Origin: Sulfolobales archaeon
GTDB lineage: Archaea > Thermoproteota > Thermoprotei_A > Sulfolobales > NBVN01
Reading direction: 5' to 3'
DNA: 64,000 nucleotides
NCBI GenBank assembly: GCA_025058345.1
Contig: JANXEN010000003.1
Coordinates: forward strand, 119,578 to 183,577
Below the pieces are notes generated by a model, which was not told the origin of the DNA, ran no database searches, and worked only from the letters and a program-made list of their open reading frames with translations. Numbering within the stretch: the stretch's first letter is position 1; every line of letters starts with the position of its first letter. Shown one piece after another: positions 29,600 through 39,883 of this stretch. A program made the translations under genes and the position numbers.

Positions 29600-31035
29600 G
29601 CTCCAACACCCCCTAGTTTAATCTTCGATAGCTTAACGTTTGGACCTCCAAACCATACTGGCATACCCTGCGGAGGTTCACCCTTCCCGCAGGTACCTGG
29701 GTAAAACCTCAACTCCCTATCAGCTCCTGTTATTTTACTGTAGAAGGATGATGTAGATATTTCCAAGACTGGATTCCTAATCATATCCTTTAGCTCCCCA
29801 TTAATAATTAGATATGATTCAAGTCCGACATACCTTTGGTTCCACCTAATATCATCTATATTCCACTCCATGTATGACTTGATGTATACGCCGTGATTTA
29901 TATCCTCAATTAGTTCATCGAAGCCCATATCGCCGGGTTTTAAGTACGTGTTAGACATCCTTATTATTGGTTCGCTTGCGTAGTCCATCGACCTCGAAGA
30001 TCCGTTGCTTGTAGTTCTTAAGATGTAGGCTGTAGACCTATTATGCAATGGCTCATTGATTACCCCCTCCTTATATAGATATCTAGGACGTGCCTTAACG
30101 CATTCATCATCATATTCGTAAAAGCCGTAACTTCCTGGAATGGTCGGGTCCTCGATCACAGTTGCGTACTTACTACCTATCCTATAATTCCCGAAGTAAT
30201 CAGGCTTGACGTAGGATTCCCCAGCTTGAGCTGCCTCCCTACCTAAGATTCTGTCAGCCTCCATAGGATGTCCTGCAGATTCATGAACAATCAGCCCCAC
30301 TATCTCAGACCCAACTATTACATCGATTGGTTCTTTCGGAGGTTCGATACCGTGTAGAAGGACTTTCTCTAGACTAGTTACCTCACTCTCCAGGGACCTG
30401 ATCGGATCCCAATTCTGAAGAAGTTCTAAACCTCCAGAAGCTCCCCACTGCATCAACCTCTGAAGAGTTCCTTTACTGCCGTGATGAAGTACCAAGTTAA
30501 AGGTGATTGATAGTCTGGGGACCTCACTCCTTACGAATCCACCGTCACTATTGAGGATTAATTTCTTCTGAATATGTTCAACATATTCACAGTATGTCGT
30601 AGGTACCTTAACTTCTTTAGCTGTATTTACTGCGGTTTTATGTAGATCCTCTAGGAATTTAATCTTTTCATCAACAGCTGTTGAGTGAAAGTCCTTCAAC
30701 ATGTAGGCCCTATATGATCCCTTCCCGACAGCATCACCGCTAAATTTAGCAGGTTGCCTAATTAGGTGGGTGAGTGCTTTAGCTCTATCAACGGATTTCT
30801 TCACGACATCAATCAAGTTGCTCTTATCTAACTTATTAGTTGCTGAGAACGTTAAAACACCTTTATATATTAATCTAATGCCTACACCATCGCTAACGCT
30901 TTTACCTAAGGTTATTAATCTACCATTCCTCGAAATCATTGCTGATGTTTCATCAACTTGATGTCTAGCTTCAGCATATTCAGCTCCAAGTGATAACGCA
31001 TAATCAACTACGTAACGAAGCATATCTTCGTTCAA
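29596..31035 (-). CDS. tldD: TldD family metalloprotease
   Basis: HESAGHPMEADR, IIRMSNTY, GTCGKGEP motifs. Confidence 0.9.
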   Translation of the reverse strand: MNEDMLRYVVDYALSLGAEYAEARHQVDETSAMISRNGRLITLGKSVSDGVGIRLIYKGVLTFSATNKLDKSNLIDVVKKSVDRAKALTHLIRQPAKFSGDAVGKGSYRAYMLKDFHSTAVDEKIKFLEDLHKTAVNTAKEVKVPTTYCEYVEHIQKKLILNSDGGFVRSEVPRLSITFNLVLHHGSKGTLQRLMQWGASGGLELLQNWDPIRSLESEVTSLEKVLLHGIEPPKEPIDVIVGSEIVGLIVHESAGHPMEADRILGREAAQAGESYVKPDYFGNYRIGSKYATVIEDPTIPGSYGFYEYDDECVKARPRYLYKEGVINEPLHNRSTAYILRTTSNGSSRSMDYASEPIIRMSNTYLKPGDMGFDELIEDINHGVYIKSYMEWNIDDIRWNQRYVGLESYLIINGELKDMIRNPVLEISTSSFYSKITGADRELRFYPGTCGKGEPPQGMPVWFGGPNVKLSKIKLGGVGA

Positions 31036-31097
31036 TCAACCACCGATATTTACGTAACCCTAAATAAGAAAAATATTTTCTCTTTTACTTAATTCAT

Positions 31098-31379
31098 TCA
31101 AATCATTTCCTTTTCAGTGTCCCTTTTCTTAATGTACTTATCGAATACTATCCACGCTCTATACCACTCCTCACCGGATTTCCTGAGAAGTTCTAGAATC
31201 CATTTAGTTAATTCCTTAGCCTCAACTACCTGCAGGTCTTTCTCGTAAATTCTACCCTCGATGATTTTAGCTATCTTTCTAGCTACGTCGACCGGCGCCC
31301 CAGTCTTCAAGACGCTTATAACGACTTTCTCTGGTATAAACTCCTCTTCTAAGCCATTCCTCTTAATAACTTTAACCAA
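31098..31379 (-). CDS. stand-alone ATP-cone domain protein
   Basis: MVKVIKRNGLEEEFIPEKV is a typical ATP-cone start; TTG at 31379 behind GGGGG. The longer track ORF overlaps tatD. Confidence 0.8.
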   Translation of the reverse strand: MVKVIKRNGLEEEFIPEKVVISVLKTGAPVDVARKIAKIIEGRIYEKDLQVVEAKELTKWILELLRKSGEEWYRAWIVFDKYIKKRDTEKEMI

Positions 31380-31452
31380 GAATATTCCCCCATAAGAAAA
31401 TGCGTTATTATCATTAAAAACATTTAGTTCTGATATATTTGGTGGGACCTTA

Positions 31453-32184
31453 ATGTATCTGGTTGACGCCCATTGCCATCTGCATGAATTCAACGACATG
31501 GAAGTACTAAATTACTGCGGTAACCCTTCTTTAGGGATTTTAGCTGTTTCAGATAATTATACCAGCTCTTTAGAAACGTTGAAAATTTCGAGTAAATGCC
31601 TGAACGTAGTTCCGTCAGTAGGTATACATCCTTGGAACGTTGGGAAGGTAAACTTAGGTGAGGTAGAGGCAGTGTTAGAGTCTGCCCGTAATGTGAGGTT
31701 CTTAGGTGAGGTTGGGATCGACAAGAGATTCGTTCCTGAAAGTTATGAAAAGCAGGTAGAGGTACTTAGGAGGTTCCTGGAATACGCCTCTACAAACGGT
31801 TTAGGTGTTAACTTACATGCGGCAGGTGCTTGGAGTGATGCGTTGAAAATGTTATTTAAGTATGACGTTAAGGTCGCCATCATCCATTGGTATACAGGCC
31901 CTCCAGAGTTACTTAACGATATCCACTCCGTTGGCTATTACATAACCGTTAATCCCGCAGTGAGTTTACAGCCAAAGTTACGGGATATAGTCTCTAAAGC
32001 CTCATTAGATATGATCTTAACTGAAAGCGACGGGCCTTACGTATATAGGGGGATTAGGATGACTCCTGAGAAGGTGTTAGATGTAGTACATGAAATATCT
32101 TTAATAAAGGGTGTTGAAGCTCAGGAAGTTTTTAGTACAATACTTAGAAATTATCGTGATGCTTTACGTGCTGTAGGGCTGTAA
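31453..32184 (+). CDS. tatD: TatD family hydrolase/DNase
   Basis: DAHCH, GIHPW, GEVGID, HWY, TESDGP motifs. Confidence 0.9.
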   Translation: MYLVDAHCHLHEFNDMEVLNYCGNPSLGILAVSDNYTSSLETLKISSKCLNVVPSVGIHPWNVGKVNLGEVEAVLESARNVRFLGEVGIDKRFVPESYEKQVEVLRRFLEYASTNGLGVNLHAAGAWSDALKMLFKYDVKVAIIHWYTGPPELLNDIHSVGYYITVNPAVSLQPKLRDIVSKASLDMILTESDGPYVYRGIRMTPEKVLDVVHEISLIKGVEAQEVFSTILRNYRDALRAVGL

Positions 32185-32237
32185 GTGTCTCAACCTTTAA
32201 ATTAAATTACGCATTTACTTCAATCATAGGGGGATGT

Positions 32238-33152
32238 TTGACTAGGTATGAATTACCGCCACCGCCTGAAGGCATTTCAGAACTCAGCGTTTGGGATGCT
32301 TTAGAAGAATTCTTACTGAGTCTTAGGTCTTCAGGCATTTCCGAAAAGACCATCAAGTCATACAGGATTGGGATATCTGACTTCCTTAAATTTTGCGATA
32401 AGCATTATGTTAAGGAGTTAAGTGTAAATGACGTCATTAAGTGGAGGTTGACTAGGTTAAAGAGCGGGTTTAGTAAGAGTGTAAGGAAGGACTCCAAAGC
32501 CACACAACTCACTCTACATTACTACTCCCTGTATGTGAGGGCTTTCCTTAAGTGGTTGGGTTTTAAGGAGGAGGTCAGCGTAGTTAAGGCACCAAGAAGG
32601 AGGGTCGTAGCTACTTTATCAGAAGGCGAGGTCGCTAAGTTAATTAATTCGTCTAGAGATATAGTTGATTTACTCATAATTTGCTTGTTGATTGAGACAG
32701 GCTTGCGTGCTCAGGAACTCCTCTCATTAACTATCAACGATATTGACCTAACTAATAAGGAGATCTACGTTAGGTTAGGTAAGTATGGTGAGGAGAGAGT
32801 AGTGTTCATAGGGCCTCTAACTGAGGAAGTGCTTAGAAAGTATTTAGAGGTTCATTATGAGGATAAACTCATACCCCTTACGTATTCAGGTCTATATAAA
32901 CGACTTAAAACTTTGGCTAAACGAGCTGGTGTAGACCCGAGAAAGGTAAGACCCCACATCCTCCGCCACACATTTGCTACTGAAGCCTTAAAACGTGGGT
33001 TAGCGTTACCGGCACTGCAAAGAATATTGGGGCATAGAGACATTAAGACAACTCAGATATATCTACATCTACTTAAGGAGGATGTAAAGAGACTCTACAT
33101 GAACGTATTTTCAAAACAATCTAATGGGAATTTAAACGCTGATTCCGTTTAG
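32238..33152 (+). CDS. xerA: site-specific tyrosine recombinase, probably chromosomal XerA
   Basis: TGLR, GKYGEER, HILRHTFAT, LGH..IKTTQIY; lies among housekeeping genes, with no att site or viral cargo. Confidence 0.8.
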   Translation: MTRYELPPPPEGISELSVWDALEEFLLSLRSSGISEKTIKSYRIGISDFLKFCDKHYVKELSVNDVIKWRLTRLKSGFSKSVRKDSKATQLTLHYYSLYVRAFLKWLGFKEEVSVVKAPRRRVVATLSEGEVAKLINSSRDIVDLLIICLLIETGLRAQELLSLTINDIDLTNKEIYVRLGKYGEERVVFIGPLTEEVLRKYLEVHYEDKLIPLTYSGLYKRLKTLAKRAGVDPRKVRPHILRHTFATEALKRGLALPALQRILGHRDIKTTQIYLHLLKEDVKRLYMNVFSKQSNGNLNADSV

Positions 33153-33878
33153 CTGAGCCATTACCGATGTTAAGGATGTTAAGATATCTTGGAAAGAATC
33201 TCTGCAGCCCGATTTGTATTTCTTAAGCATTACTTCCATGTTAGATTGCTTGCTGATACGTAGTAAGTTCGTTAGATATGAGACTATCCTACATAGATTG
33301 CATGGATTTTCCGAAACCTTAGCGCTTTCGAAGTCGATGATCTTGACTTCCATATCTTTTAAAATGAAAATATGTTTATACGGATTCGCAAGCTCTAAGT
33401 GATCTATTAAGTTTAGGTCTAATTTATATGCCGCAGTAAGTACGTTCATGATAAGTTTTAACAATGTAGCGCCCTTTACATCATTAGTTCTTAAGTACTT
33501 CCCTAACGTTACACCATCTATAAACTCCATAATTATTAAATCGTCATCAAAATAATGAACCTTAGGCATAACACCAAATCTATCTAACGTCATCAAATAA
33601 CCTTCTCTAAATAGTGAATCCTTCTTCGAGTCCGTCCTCCTAATCTTCACAGCAACATCGCCTATAGACTCATGCTTAGCCAACAGAACTATTGACGAAT
33701 GTCCCTTACCCAAGACCCTTAATCCTTCAACAAATAAAGGACCGTAATCGTAAATTCCTTTAATCCCCAGTTCAGTGAGTTTCTTACTCCTCGCTACGCC
33801 TATTTCAGCTACATTTTTAGGGTATGTAATGATATGTAAAACTTCATTTATTTCTACTAGTTTTTTCGGTGGAGTCAT
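33132..33878 (-). CDS. archaeal Ser/Thr protein kinase-like protein (RIO/Bud32-related)
   Basis: LGKGHSSIV, VAVKIRR, MEFIDG, HLEL, IIDFESA. Confidence 0.8.
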   Translation of the reverse strand: MTPPKKLVEINEVLHIITYPKNVAEIGVARSKKLTELGIKGIYDYGPLFVEGLRVLGKGHSSIVLLAKHESIGDVAVKIRRTDSKKDSLFREGYLMTLDRFGVMPKVHYFDDDLIIMEFIDGVTLGKYLRTNDVKGATLLKLIMNVLTAAYKLDLNLIDHLELANPYKHIFILKDMEVKIIDFESAKVSENPCNLCRIVSYLTNLLRISKQSNMEVMLKKYKSGCRDSFQDILTSLTSVMAQLNGISV

Positions 33879-33880
33879 AG

Positions 33881-34363
33881 TTACTTCTTAGGCCCTAATT
33901 GTTTGAGTATTAACTCAACGAATTCAGGATATGAAAGTTCGGTATTGCAGTATATGCAGCGGGCCCGTAGACCGGCACTCAAAACCTCAAACGTCGTCTC
34001 TATACCTTCATGCTTAGTTATACATGTGACGTTAGGGCATTTAATTAATCCCGATATAACTCGTGGGGTAGAGACCTTACGCTTCTCAACCACCTCAAAA
34101 TTCTTAATTATATTTATGGTTGCTGTAGGCGCTATCAACGCAATTATGTCCGTCTCATCCTTACTTAAGAACCTACCCTCAATCTTAACGATATCTTTCT
34201 TATTCAATTTCGATGATTCTACGTTCATCACTATCGCGATTCTAAAGTTCTCTGAACCGGAAATCCTCAGTACTTTAAGGACATCTAAAGCCCTACCCGA
34301 CGGTATGTGGTCTATTACTGTACCATCCTTTATCTTACTAACTATTAATTCTCTTACAGACAT
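33881..34363 (-). CDS. pyrI: aspartate carbamoyltransferase regulatory subunit
   Basis: [21 protein letters not shown] and CIYC Zn site. Confidence 0.95.
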   Translation of the reverse strand: MSVRELIVSKIKDGTVIDHIPSGRALDVLKVLRISGSENFRIAIVMNVESSKLNKKDIVKIEGRFLSKDETDIIALIAPTATINIIKNFEVVEKRKVSTPRVISGLIKCPNVTCITKHEGIETTFEVLSAGLRARCIYCNTELSYPEFVELILKQLGPKK

Positions 34364-34364
34364 G

Positions 34365-35297
34365 TCAATAACCTCCCAGTATTAAGGTTAGTAAAGCAGC
34401 CCTTAAAGGAACACCTAGGGACGCCTGCTTGAAGTATGCAGCATGTTTAGTGCTATCTACAGACCTTTCAAGTTCATCAACCCTTGGGAGAGGGTGTAAT
34501 ATGATGAGGTCTTCCTTACATTTCCTGAGGACGTCTGCAGTGAGCTTATATGCATTCTTAACTTTTTCGTACTCGATGGGGTCTGGGAACCTCTCCTTCT
34601 GCACTCTAGTTACATAAAGTACGTCTAACTCATTAAGGACTAGGTTTATATCACTTACTTCTTCGAAGTTCAATCCTTGGGATGCGATGAACTTCTTGGC
34701 CTCATCTCTAAGCTTAAGTAGCGGATGCGATATCAAATACACTTTCTTAGGTTTAAATATCGTAAATGCGTAGAGGAGCGAGTTCACGACCCTCGCATAC
34801 TTTAGGTCACCCATAACTCCAATAATTAAGTTGCTTACATTAGACTTAAGCTTTAGAATTGTGTAGATATCTATCATAGCCTGAGTCGGGTGTTCGTTCC
34901 TACCGTCCCCCGCATTTATTACTGGGTGTTCAGCAACTTCAGCAGCTAACTTTGCAGCGCCTTCGAACTTATGCCTAATAACTATTACATCTGAGTAGGA
35001 ATCAAGCATCCTGACAGTATCTATGAATTTCTCACCCTTAGCCACAGAAGTAGCTTCCTCGCTAGAGAATCCTATTACTGAACCGCCTAACCTATGCATG
35101 GCTGACTCGAAGGACAGTCTAGTACGGGTACTAGGTTCGAAAAACGCGACGGATAGCACTCTCCCACGCAATACATCTCTGTAACCATTCACGCGGTACT
35201 CATCAGCTAACTTAAAGATGTTTTCAAAATCTTCCTTACTTAAGTCCAATACGGATATAATGTCCTTACCGCTTAATCCCTTAAATCCGTCACTCAT
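34365..35297 (-). CDS. pyrB: aspartate carbamoyltransferase catalytic subunit
   Basis: [23 protein letters not shown]; likely start ATG at 35297 behind GGAAGGTG. Confidence 0.95.
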   Translation of the reverse strand: MSDGFKGLSGKDIISVLDLSKEDFENIFKLADEYRVNGYRDVLRGRVLSVAFFEPSTRTRLSFESAMHRLGGSVIGFSSEEATSVAKGEKFIDTVRMLDSYSDVIVIRHKFEGAAKLAAEVAEHPVINAGDGRNEHPTQAMIDIYTILKLKSNVSNLIIGVMGDLKYARVVNSLLYAFTIFKPKKVYLISHPLLKLRDEAKKFIASQGLNFEEVSDINLVLNELDVLYVTRVQKERFPDPIEYEKVKNAYKLTADVLRKCKEDLIILHPLPRVDELERSVDSTKHAAYFKQASLGVPLRAALLTLILGGY

Positions 35298-35374
35298 AAT
35301 AACACCTTCCAACCCCAATATTTCGTTAATGGAAATTTTTATAAGTTTAAACACATCTTAACGAGGCGGGCTCG

Positions 35375-36103
35375 TTGAATAAACTACTTAATAGGGTGTT
35401 AGAAGGCAGGGGGAGGGTTTTAATAGCTATCGATGACCCTTCGTTGAGTGTAGAGAAATTTAAGTCAATAGTTCTTAGAACTAAGGACGTAGTCGCTGGA
35501 TATAAGATAGGTATCCCTTATATCTTAAGTCATGGTTTAAGCGTTACCGCCTCAGTGATTAGGGAATTTAGTGATGCATACTTCATTGCTGACTTAAAGT
35601 TGGCTGACATTGATGCCGTAATGAGTTTGACTGCCAAGATAACTAAGGCAGCAGGTTTTGATGGCGTTATAGCCCACGGATTCGTAGGATTTGACGGAGG
35701 TCTAGATGGTTTAGTTAAGACCTGCAATGAAATAAACGTCGATCTATATGTATTAGTTTCGATGTCGCATCCCGGAAGTACCGAAATTTACGACAGCGTC
35801 ATTGATAAGGTTTTAAAGATCGTAGATTTTCTAAAACCTAAAGGAGTTGTTGCACCCGCTACTAGACCAGAAATCATTAAATACGTTAGAACTAGATTAG
35901 GTAGTTCCTACATACTAATATCTCCCGGTGTGGGTGTACAGGGCGCTGAATTCGGTTCAGCCCTATGTTTTGGGGCGGATTTCGAGATAGTGGGGAGAGC
36001 TATTACTAAGGCTGAAGACCCGGTAAAAGCAGCAGAGTCAGTAATTAAAGCTCAATCCCAATATTTAAGCAGCCATAAGTGTTTAATTGGTGGTCATGCG
36101 TGA
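35375..36103 (+). CDS. pyrF: orotidine 5'-phosphate decarboxylase
   Basis: ADLKLADI, SMSHPG, PGVGVQG, IVGRAI motifs. Confidence 0.93.
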   Translation: MNKLLNRVLEGRGRVLIAIDDPSLSVEKFKSIVLRTKDVVAGYKIGIPYILSHGLSVTASVIREFSDAYFIADLKLADIDAVMSLTAKITKAAGFDGVIAHGFVGFDGGLDGLVKTCNEINVDLYVLVSMSHPGSTEIYDSVIDKVLKIVDFLKPKGVVAPATRPEIIKYVRTRLGSSYILISPGVGVQGAEFGSALCFGADFEIVGRAITKAEDPVKAAESVIKAQSQYLSSHKCLIGGHA

Positions 36104-36699
36104 TGTTGGATAATTTAATCTTAAATCTATATAAAGTAAAGGTTATTAAGTTCGGGGACTTCACCCTATCTTCCGGTAAAAGAAGTCCCTACTATTTTGA
36201 CTTTAGGATCTTGCCGTCGTTCCCTGACACTTATGCCGAGGTAATTAACCTATGGTTGCAGAAACTTAAAGACATTGGAATAAAGTTCGACGGTGTAGTA
36301 GGTATAGCTTCTGCCGGGATAGTACATGCATCAGTTCTAGGGTTCATGCTTAAGAAGCCTATAGGGTATGTTAGAGCTGAGAAGAAGGACCACGGCACAG
36401 GAAAATTAGTTGAGGGTTCTCTTAAAGACCTTAAAGTCCTATTGGTGGATGATGTCGCAACCACTGGAGGCACTTTGATTAGAGCCTATAACCAATTAAT
36501 TGAGGAAGGGGTTAAGGTTGTAGCTTTCTCAGTCATTCTAGACCGTGAAGAAGGAGCTGAATCTGCGGTTGAGAAGTTAGGCATCCCATTAATATCTCTG
36601 ATTAAGACATCCCAGATATTCGTAACTTTAAGGAGGCTTAACATCATTGATGAGCCCACATATCAATCAATCCTTAATTATATGAGAGAGTCGCAATGA
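36100..36699 (+). CDS. pyrE: orotate phosphoribosyltransferase
   Basis: FTLSSGKRSPYYFD, KKDHG, VDDVATTGG; start GTG 36100 or ATG 36103 overlapping the pyrF stop. Confidence 0.93.
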   Translation: MMLDNLILNLYKVKVIKFGDFTLSSGKRSPYYFDFRILPSFPDTYAEVINLWLQKLKDIGIKFDGVVGIASAGIVHASVLGFMLKKPIGYVRAEKKDHGTGKLVEGSLKDLKVLLVDDVATTGGTLIRAYNQLIEEGVKVVAFSVILDREEGAESAVEKLGIPLISLIKTSQIFVTLRRLNIIDEPTYQSILNYMRESQ

Positions 36700-37430
36700 T
36701 CCCATCAAAAGTTATTAAGAAGGAGTTAGTGTCTAGAGGTATCGCGCACCTATTCTTAAGACCTTTAAAGGAATTTAAAAAACCGACTCCAGGACAGTTC
36801 GTAATGCTGTGGGTGCCGGGTCATGAGGAAATACCTATGAGCATTAGCGACTATAGCGATGGAGTTATTAGAATTACAGTGAAAGATAGAGGACCTACCA
36901 CTAATTACCTCATTTATGATTTGCCTGTGGGTAGTTACTTAGGGGTTAGGGGACCGCTAGGTATAGGTATTACTAACGATATGATTATGGGTAGAGGTCT
37001 ATTCATAGTTGGTGGGGTAGGTATCGCCCCAATAGCTTACCTAATTAAGTCTTACCATCCGTTAGTTAGGGAGTGTAAGTTACTTGCGGGGTTTGTATCA
37101 AGGGATGAAGCTTCGGTTGTGGATGAGTTGAGGAGTTACTTAAGTGTTGAGGTAGTCAACGAGGAATTAGACTGGATGACTGTAATTGATTTGCTTAAGA
37201 AGGAGTTAAGTAATAAAGCCAGATATGATTACTACATAGCTTCCGGTCCTAAAGCAGTATTAGATCATACAGTGGTTATGATGCCTAAGAATGTAATAGG
37301 CTATTTGCTGACCGAGTCCTTTATGAAGTGTGGAATAGGTTTCTGCGGTTCATGTGCTATGAAGGGATTTTTAGTATGTAAGGATGGTACGTTAATACGT
37401 GCAGATAAATACGTAGACTTAATATCCTAA
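36696..37430 (+). CDS. pyrK: dihydroorotate dehydrogenase electron transfer subunit
   Basis: PGQFVMLW, RGPLG, GGVGIAP, MKCGIGFCGSC...C [2Fe-2S] motif. Confidence 0.9.
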   Translation: MIPSKVIKKELVSRGIAHLFLRPLKEFKKPTPGQFVMLWVPGHEEIPMSISDYSDGVIRITVKDRGPTTNYLIYDLPVGSYLGVRGPLGIGITNDMIMGRGLFIVGGVGIAPIAYLIKSYHPLVRECKLLAGFVSRDEASVVDELRSYLSVEVVNEELDWMTVIDLLKKELSNKARYDYYIASGPKAVLDHTVVMMPKNVIGYLLTESFMKCGIGFCGSCAMKGFLVCKDGTLIRADKYVDLIS

Positions 37431-37477
37431 GCTCACCATACAGTGTTTATTAATCCATACTGCGTAACTCAGTATAG

Positions 37478-38764
37478 GTGTTTGAATACTTGATTAAGTA
37501 CGGGAAGGTGTTCTACGTTAAGACGTTTTTAGACAATTCTCTTAAGGACTTAACGATCTACGTAGATGACCACGGCTACATAGGTAAGGTATCTGTCGGT
37601 AAGGAATCGGTGGAATTTGGTTGCGAATTGGTTGATTTAACTGGAGGTAATTTAGTAACTCTTCCCGGATTCATAGATCTTCACGTTCATTTAAGGGACT
37701 TCAACTACAGCTATAAGGAAACATTAGAAAGTGGGAGCTTAGCTGCCGTTTCATCCGGATATGTTCTTGTTGGAGATATGCCTAATACTAGCCCCTATAT
37801 CGATAGTGTTGACCTCCTCATGAAAAGGGTTGAGCTTGCAAGGATTAAGTCATATGTGGACTACGGCGTATATTGTGGGATCCCTAAAAGATTGGAGGAT
37901 GTTGATGATTTACTTAAGAGTAAGCAACTTTATGTAGGTTTTAAGATATATCCTGAAGACCTTAAGGATAAGTTAGATGTAATTGGATATATTCTTAAGA
38001 AATATGAAGGTTTGGTAGTAGTTCATTCAGAACTTCCTGAGTACGCTTTACGTGGTTCGACACGTGAGTTACCTCTTAGATACTTAGATAGACCATCATG
38101 GAATGAGTTAACTGTTGCGTCGCTAATTCGAGATATGAATAGAGCTGCTAAGATACATATCACTCACTCAGCACACCCATCAACTCCTTTAAGGTGTAGA
38201 GATCTTGGGTTTACGGTTGATACTACTCCATACTACTTCATGCTGAGTAGCGAAGATGTTAGGGATTGTTGGTGTAAGGTTAACCCACCAATTAATGATT
38301 TGATAAGTAAGTCGTTAATATTTACTAACTTAATTAATGGCTTTTATGATGCTGTTGTTAGCGATCATGCCCCCCATTACTATGAGGAGAAACTATATGA
38401 TTGGAGATTATGTCCATCGGGTTTCGCCGATATAGAAGTTAGTAGTAGGATTATGATAACGATGTTTGTTAAGGGATTCATGTCCCATCATTTGCTGATT
38501 AAGTACTTGTGTGAAGGTCCCGCGAAAGTGTTGGGTGTAGATGATCGCTACGGTAAGTTAGCACCTGGTTATAGAGCTTCCTTCACTATACTAGATTTAA
38601 GTAGGGGAGGTATTGCAGGTATCAAGTATTCGAAGGCCCGTAAGTCAGGGTTGGATGGGTTTAGGTATGTTGGTGAGGTGGTTAAGACTGTTGTTGGTGG
38701 TGAGGTCGTCTACGATTCAGGTGAGGTAATCGGTAAGCCTAAGGTGGTAGTTATTGGTGGATGA
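37478..38764 (+). CDS. pyrC: dihydroorotase
   Basis: PGFIDLHVHLR, DMPNT, KVNPP, SDHAPH motifs. Confidence 0.9.
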   Translation: MFEYLIKYGKVFYVKTFLDNSLKDLTIYVDDHGYIGKVSVGKESVEFGCELVDLTGGNLVTLPGFIDLHVHLRDFNYSYKETLESGSLAAVSSGYVLVGDMPNTSPYIDSVDLLMKRVELARIKSYVDYGVYCGIPKRLEDVDDLLKSKQLYVGFKIYPEDLKDKLDVIGYILKKYEGLVVVHSELPEYALRGSTRELPLRYLDRPSWNELTVASLIRDMNRAAKIHITHSAHPSTPLRCRDLGFTVDTTPYYFMLSSEDVRDCWCKVNPPINDLISKSLIFTNLINGFYDAVVSDHAPHYYEEKLYDWRLCPSGFADIEVSSRIMITMFVKGFMSHHLLIKYLCEGPAKVLGVDDRYGKLAPGYRASFTILDLSRGGIAGIKYSKARKSGLDGFRYVGEVVKTVVGGEVVYDSGEVIGKPKVVVIGG

Positions 38765-39677
38765 GTTGGTGTTAGAGACATCTGTTAGTGGTGTAAGGCT
38801 CAAGCACCCGGTTATGGTAGGTTCTGGGGTACTGGGTGATAAGCCTGAGTTAATTATCAGACTTATTGAGGAAGGCAGTCCTGCAGCAGTGGTTACTAAG
38901 ACGTTAACTAAAAAGCCTCGCGAGGGTTACTTACCTCCAGTAATTGTGGAGTTAGGTTACGACAGTTATTTAAATGCTGTTGGGTTGGCTAATCCAGGTA
39001 TTGAAGTAGTTAAGGACTTAGTTAATGCTGGAATTAAGTTGAGTACACCGGTTATAGTTAGCATAGCTGGAAGCAGTATTAAGGAGTTTGCGGAATTAGC
39101 CGTAATTGCAGATGAGGCTAAAGCATCTGCTGTTGAGTTGAATCTAAGTTGCCCTCACGTGAGGGGGTTGGGGGCTGAGTTAGGTAAAGACGCTCAAACA
39201 ACTTACGAGGTTGTAAGGAATGTAAGCTCCTCCATAAAGATACCTACATGGGTTAAGTTAGGACCGTGGGACAACTTAATTAATGTAGCAGGGAAGTCGT
39301 TGGAGGGAGGAGCAGACGCCTTAGTATTGATAAATACATTAAGAGGGATGAAAATAGATATCTACTCATTCAGGCCTATACTTACTGCCCGTATAGGAGG
39401 TCTTTCGGGAAGGGCTTTACATCCAGTAGCTGTAAGAGCTGTTTATGAAGTGTATAGGGAATTTAAATGCGATATTGTCGGAGTTGGTGGTGTATTCGAT
39501 CATGAAACCGCCTTAGAGTTAATATTAGCTGGTGCTAAGGCGGTTCAAGTGGTTTCTGCAGTAATAAGTTATTCTCCTTCAGTTATTGTCAGCATAGTTG
39601 AATCTATTAAGAATTACATGACTGACGTGAACGTTAAGAGTATTACCGAATTGGTAGGCCTTTCGCATAAGATCTAG
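38754..39677 (+). CDS. pyrD: dihydroorotate dehydrogenase (family 1B) catalytic subunit
   Basis: NAVGLANPG, ELNLSCPH, INT, GGLSG, GVGG motifs. Confidence 0.92.
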   Translation: MVDELVLETSVSGVRLKHPVMVGSGVLGDKPELIIRLIEEGSPAAVVTKTLTKKPREGYLPPVIVELGYDSYLNAVGLANPGIEVVKDLVNAGIKLSTPVIVSIAGSSIKEFAELAVIADEAKASAVELNLSCPHVRGLGAELGKDAQTTYEVVRNVSSSIKIPTWVKLGPWDNLINVAGKSLEGGADALVLINTLRGMKIDIYSFRPILTARIGGLSGRALHPVAVRAVYEVYREFKCDIVGVGGVFDHETALELILAGAKAVQVVSAVISYSPSVIVSIVESIKNYMTDVNVKSITELVGLSHKI

Positions 39678-39709
39678 GCACTATATCCTCACGTTATTCT
39701 AATAGTGTG

Positions 39710-39766
39710 TATTTCAGTCCCGAAACCGTACATCACTACTCAGATAATCTAACCATCATCACGCTA
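39710..39766 (-). ncRNA. box C/D guide sRNA
   Basis: Minus strand reads GTGATGA (C) - tggttagattat - CTGA (D') - gta - GTGATGT (C') - acggtttcggga - CTGA (D); both guides are 12 nt. Confidence 0.82.
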
Positions 39767-39883
39767 GACTATCCTCGACCTTATATATCTTATAACGTTT
39801 AATACCTATTTTAACATACCTCTACACAGCATCGCTATCTATATTAACTCCCTAGTTTAAAAACAATTTTAGGTTAGGGAGCG

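Noticed and set aside
31380-31499. N-terminal extension of the ATP-cone ORF; similar extensions of pyrB (35298-35354) and pyrE (36079-36099)
   Set aside because: The extensions overlap neighbouring genes or promoters, and downstream starts have SD motifs and match family N-termini.
32238-33152. Tyrosine recombinase as the integrase of a provirus or island
   Set aside because: It is flanked by housekeeping genes, with no adjacent tRNA, att repeat or viral genes; size and motifs fit XerA. I also found no convincing dif site nearby.
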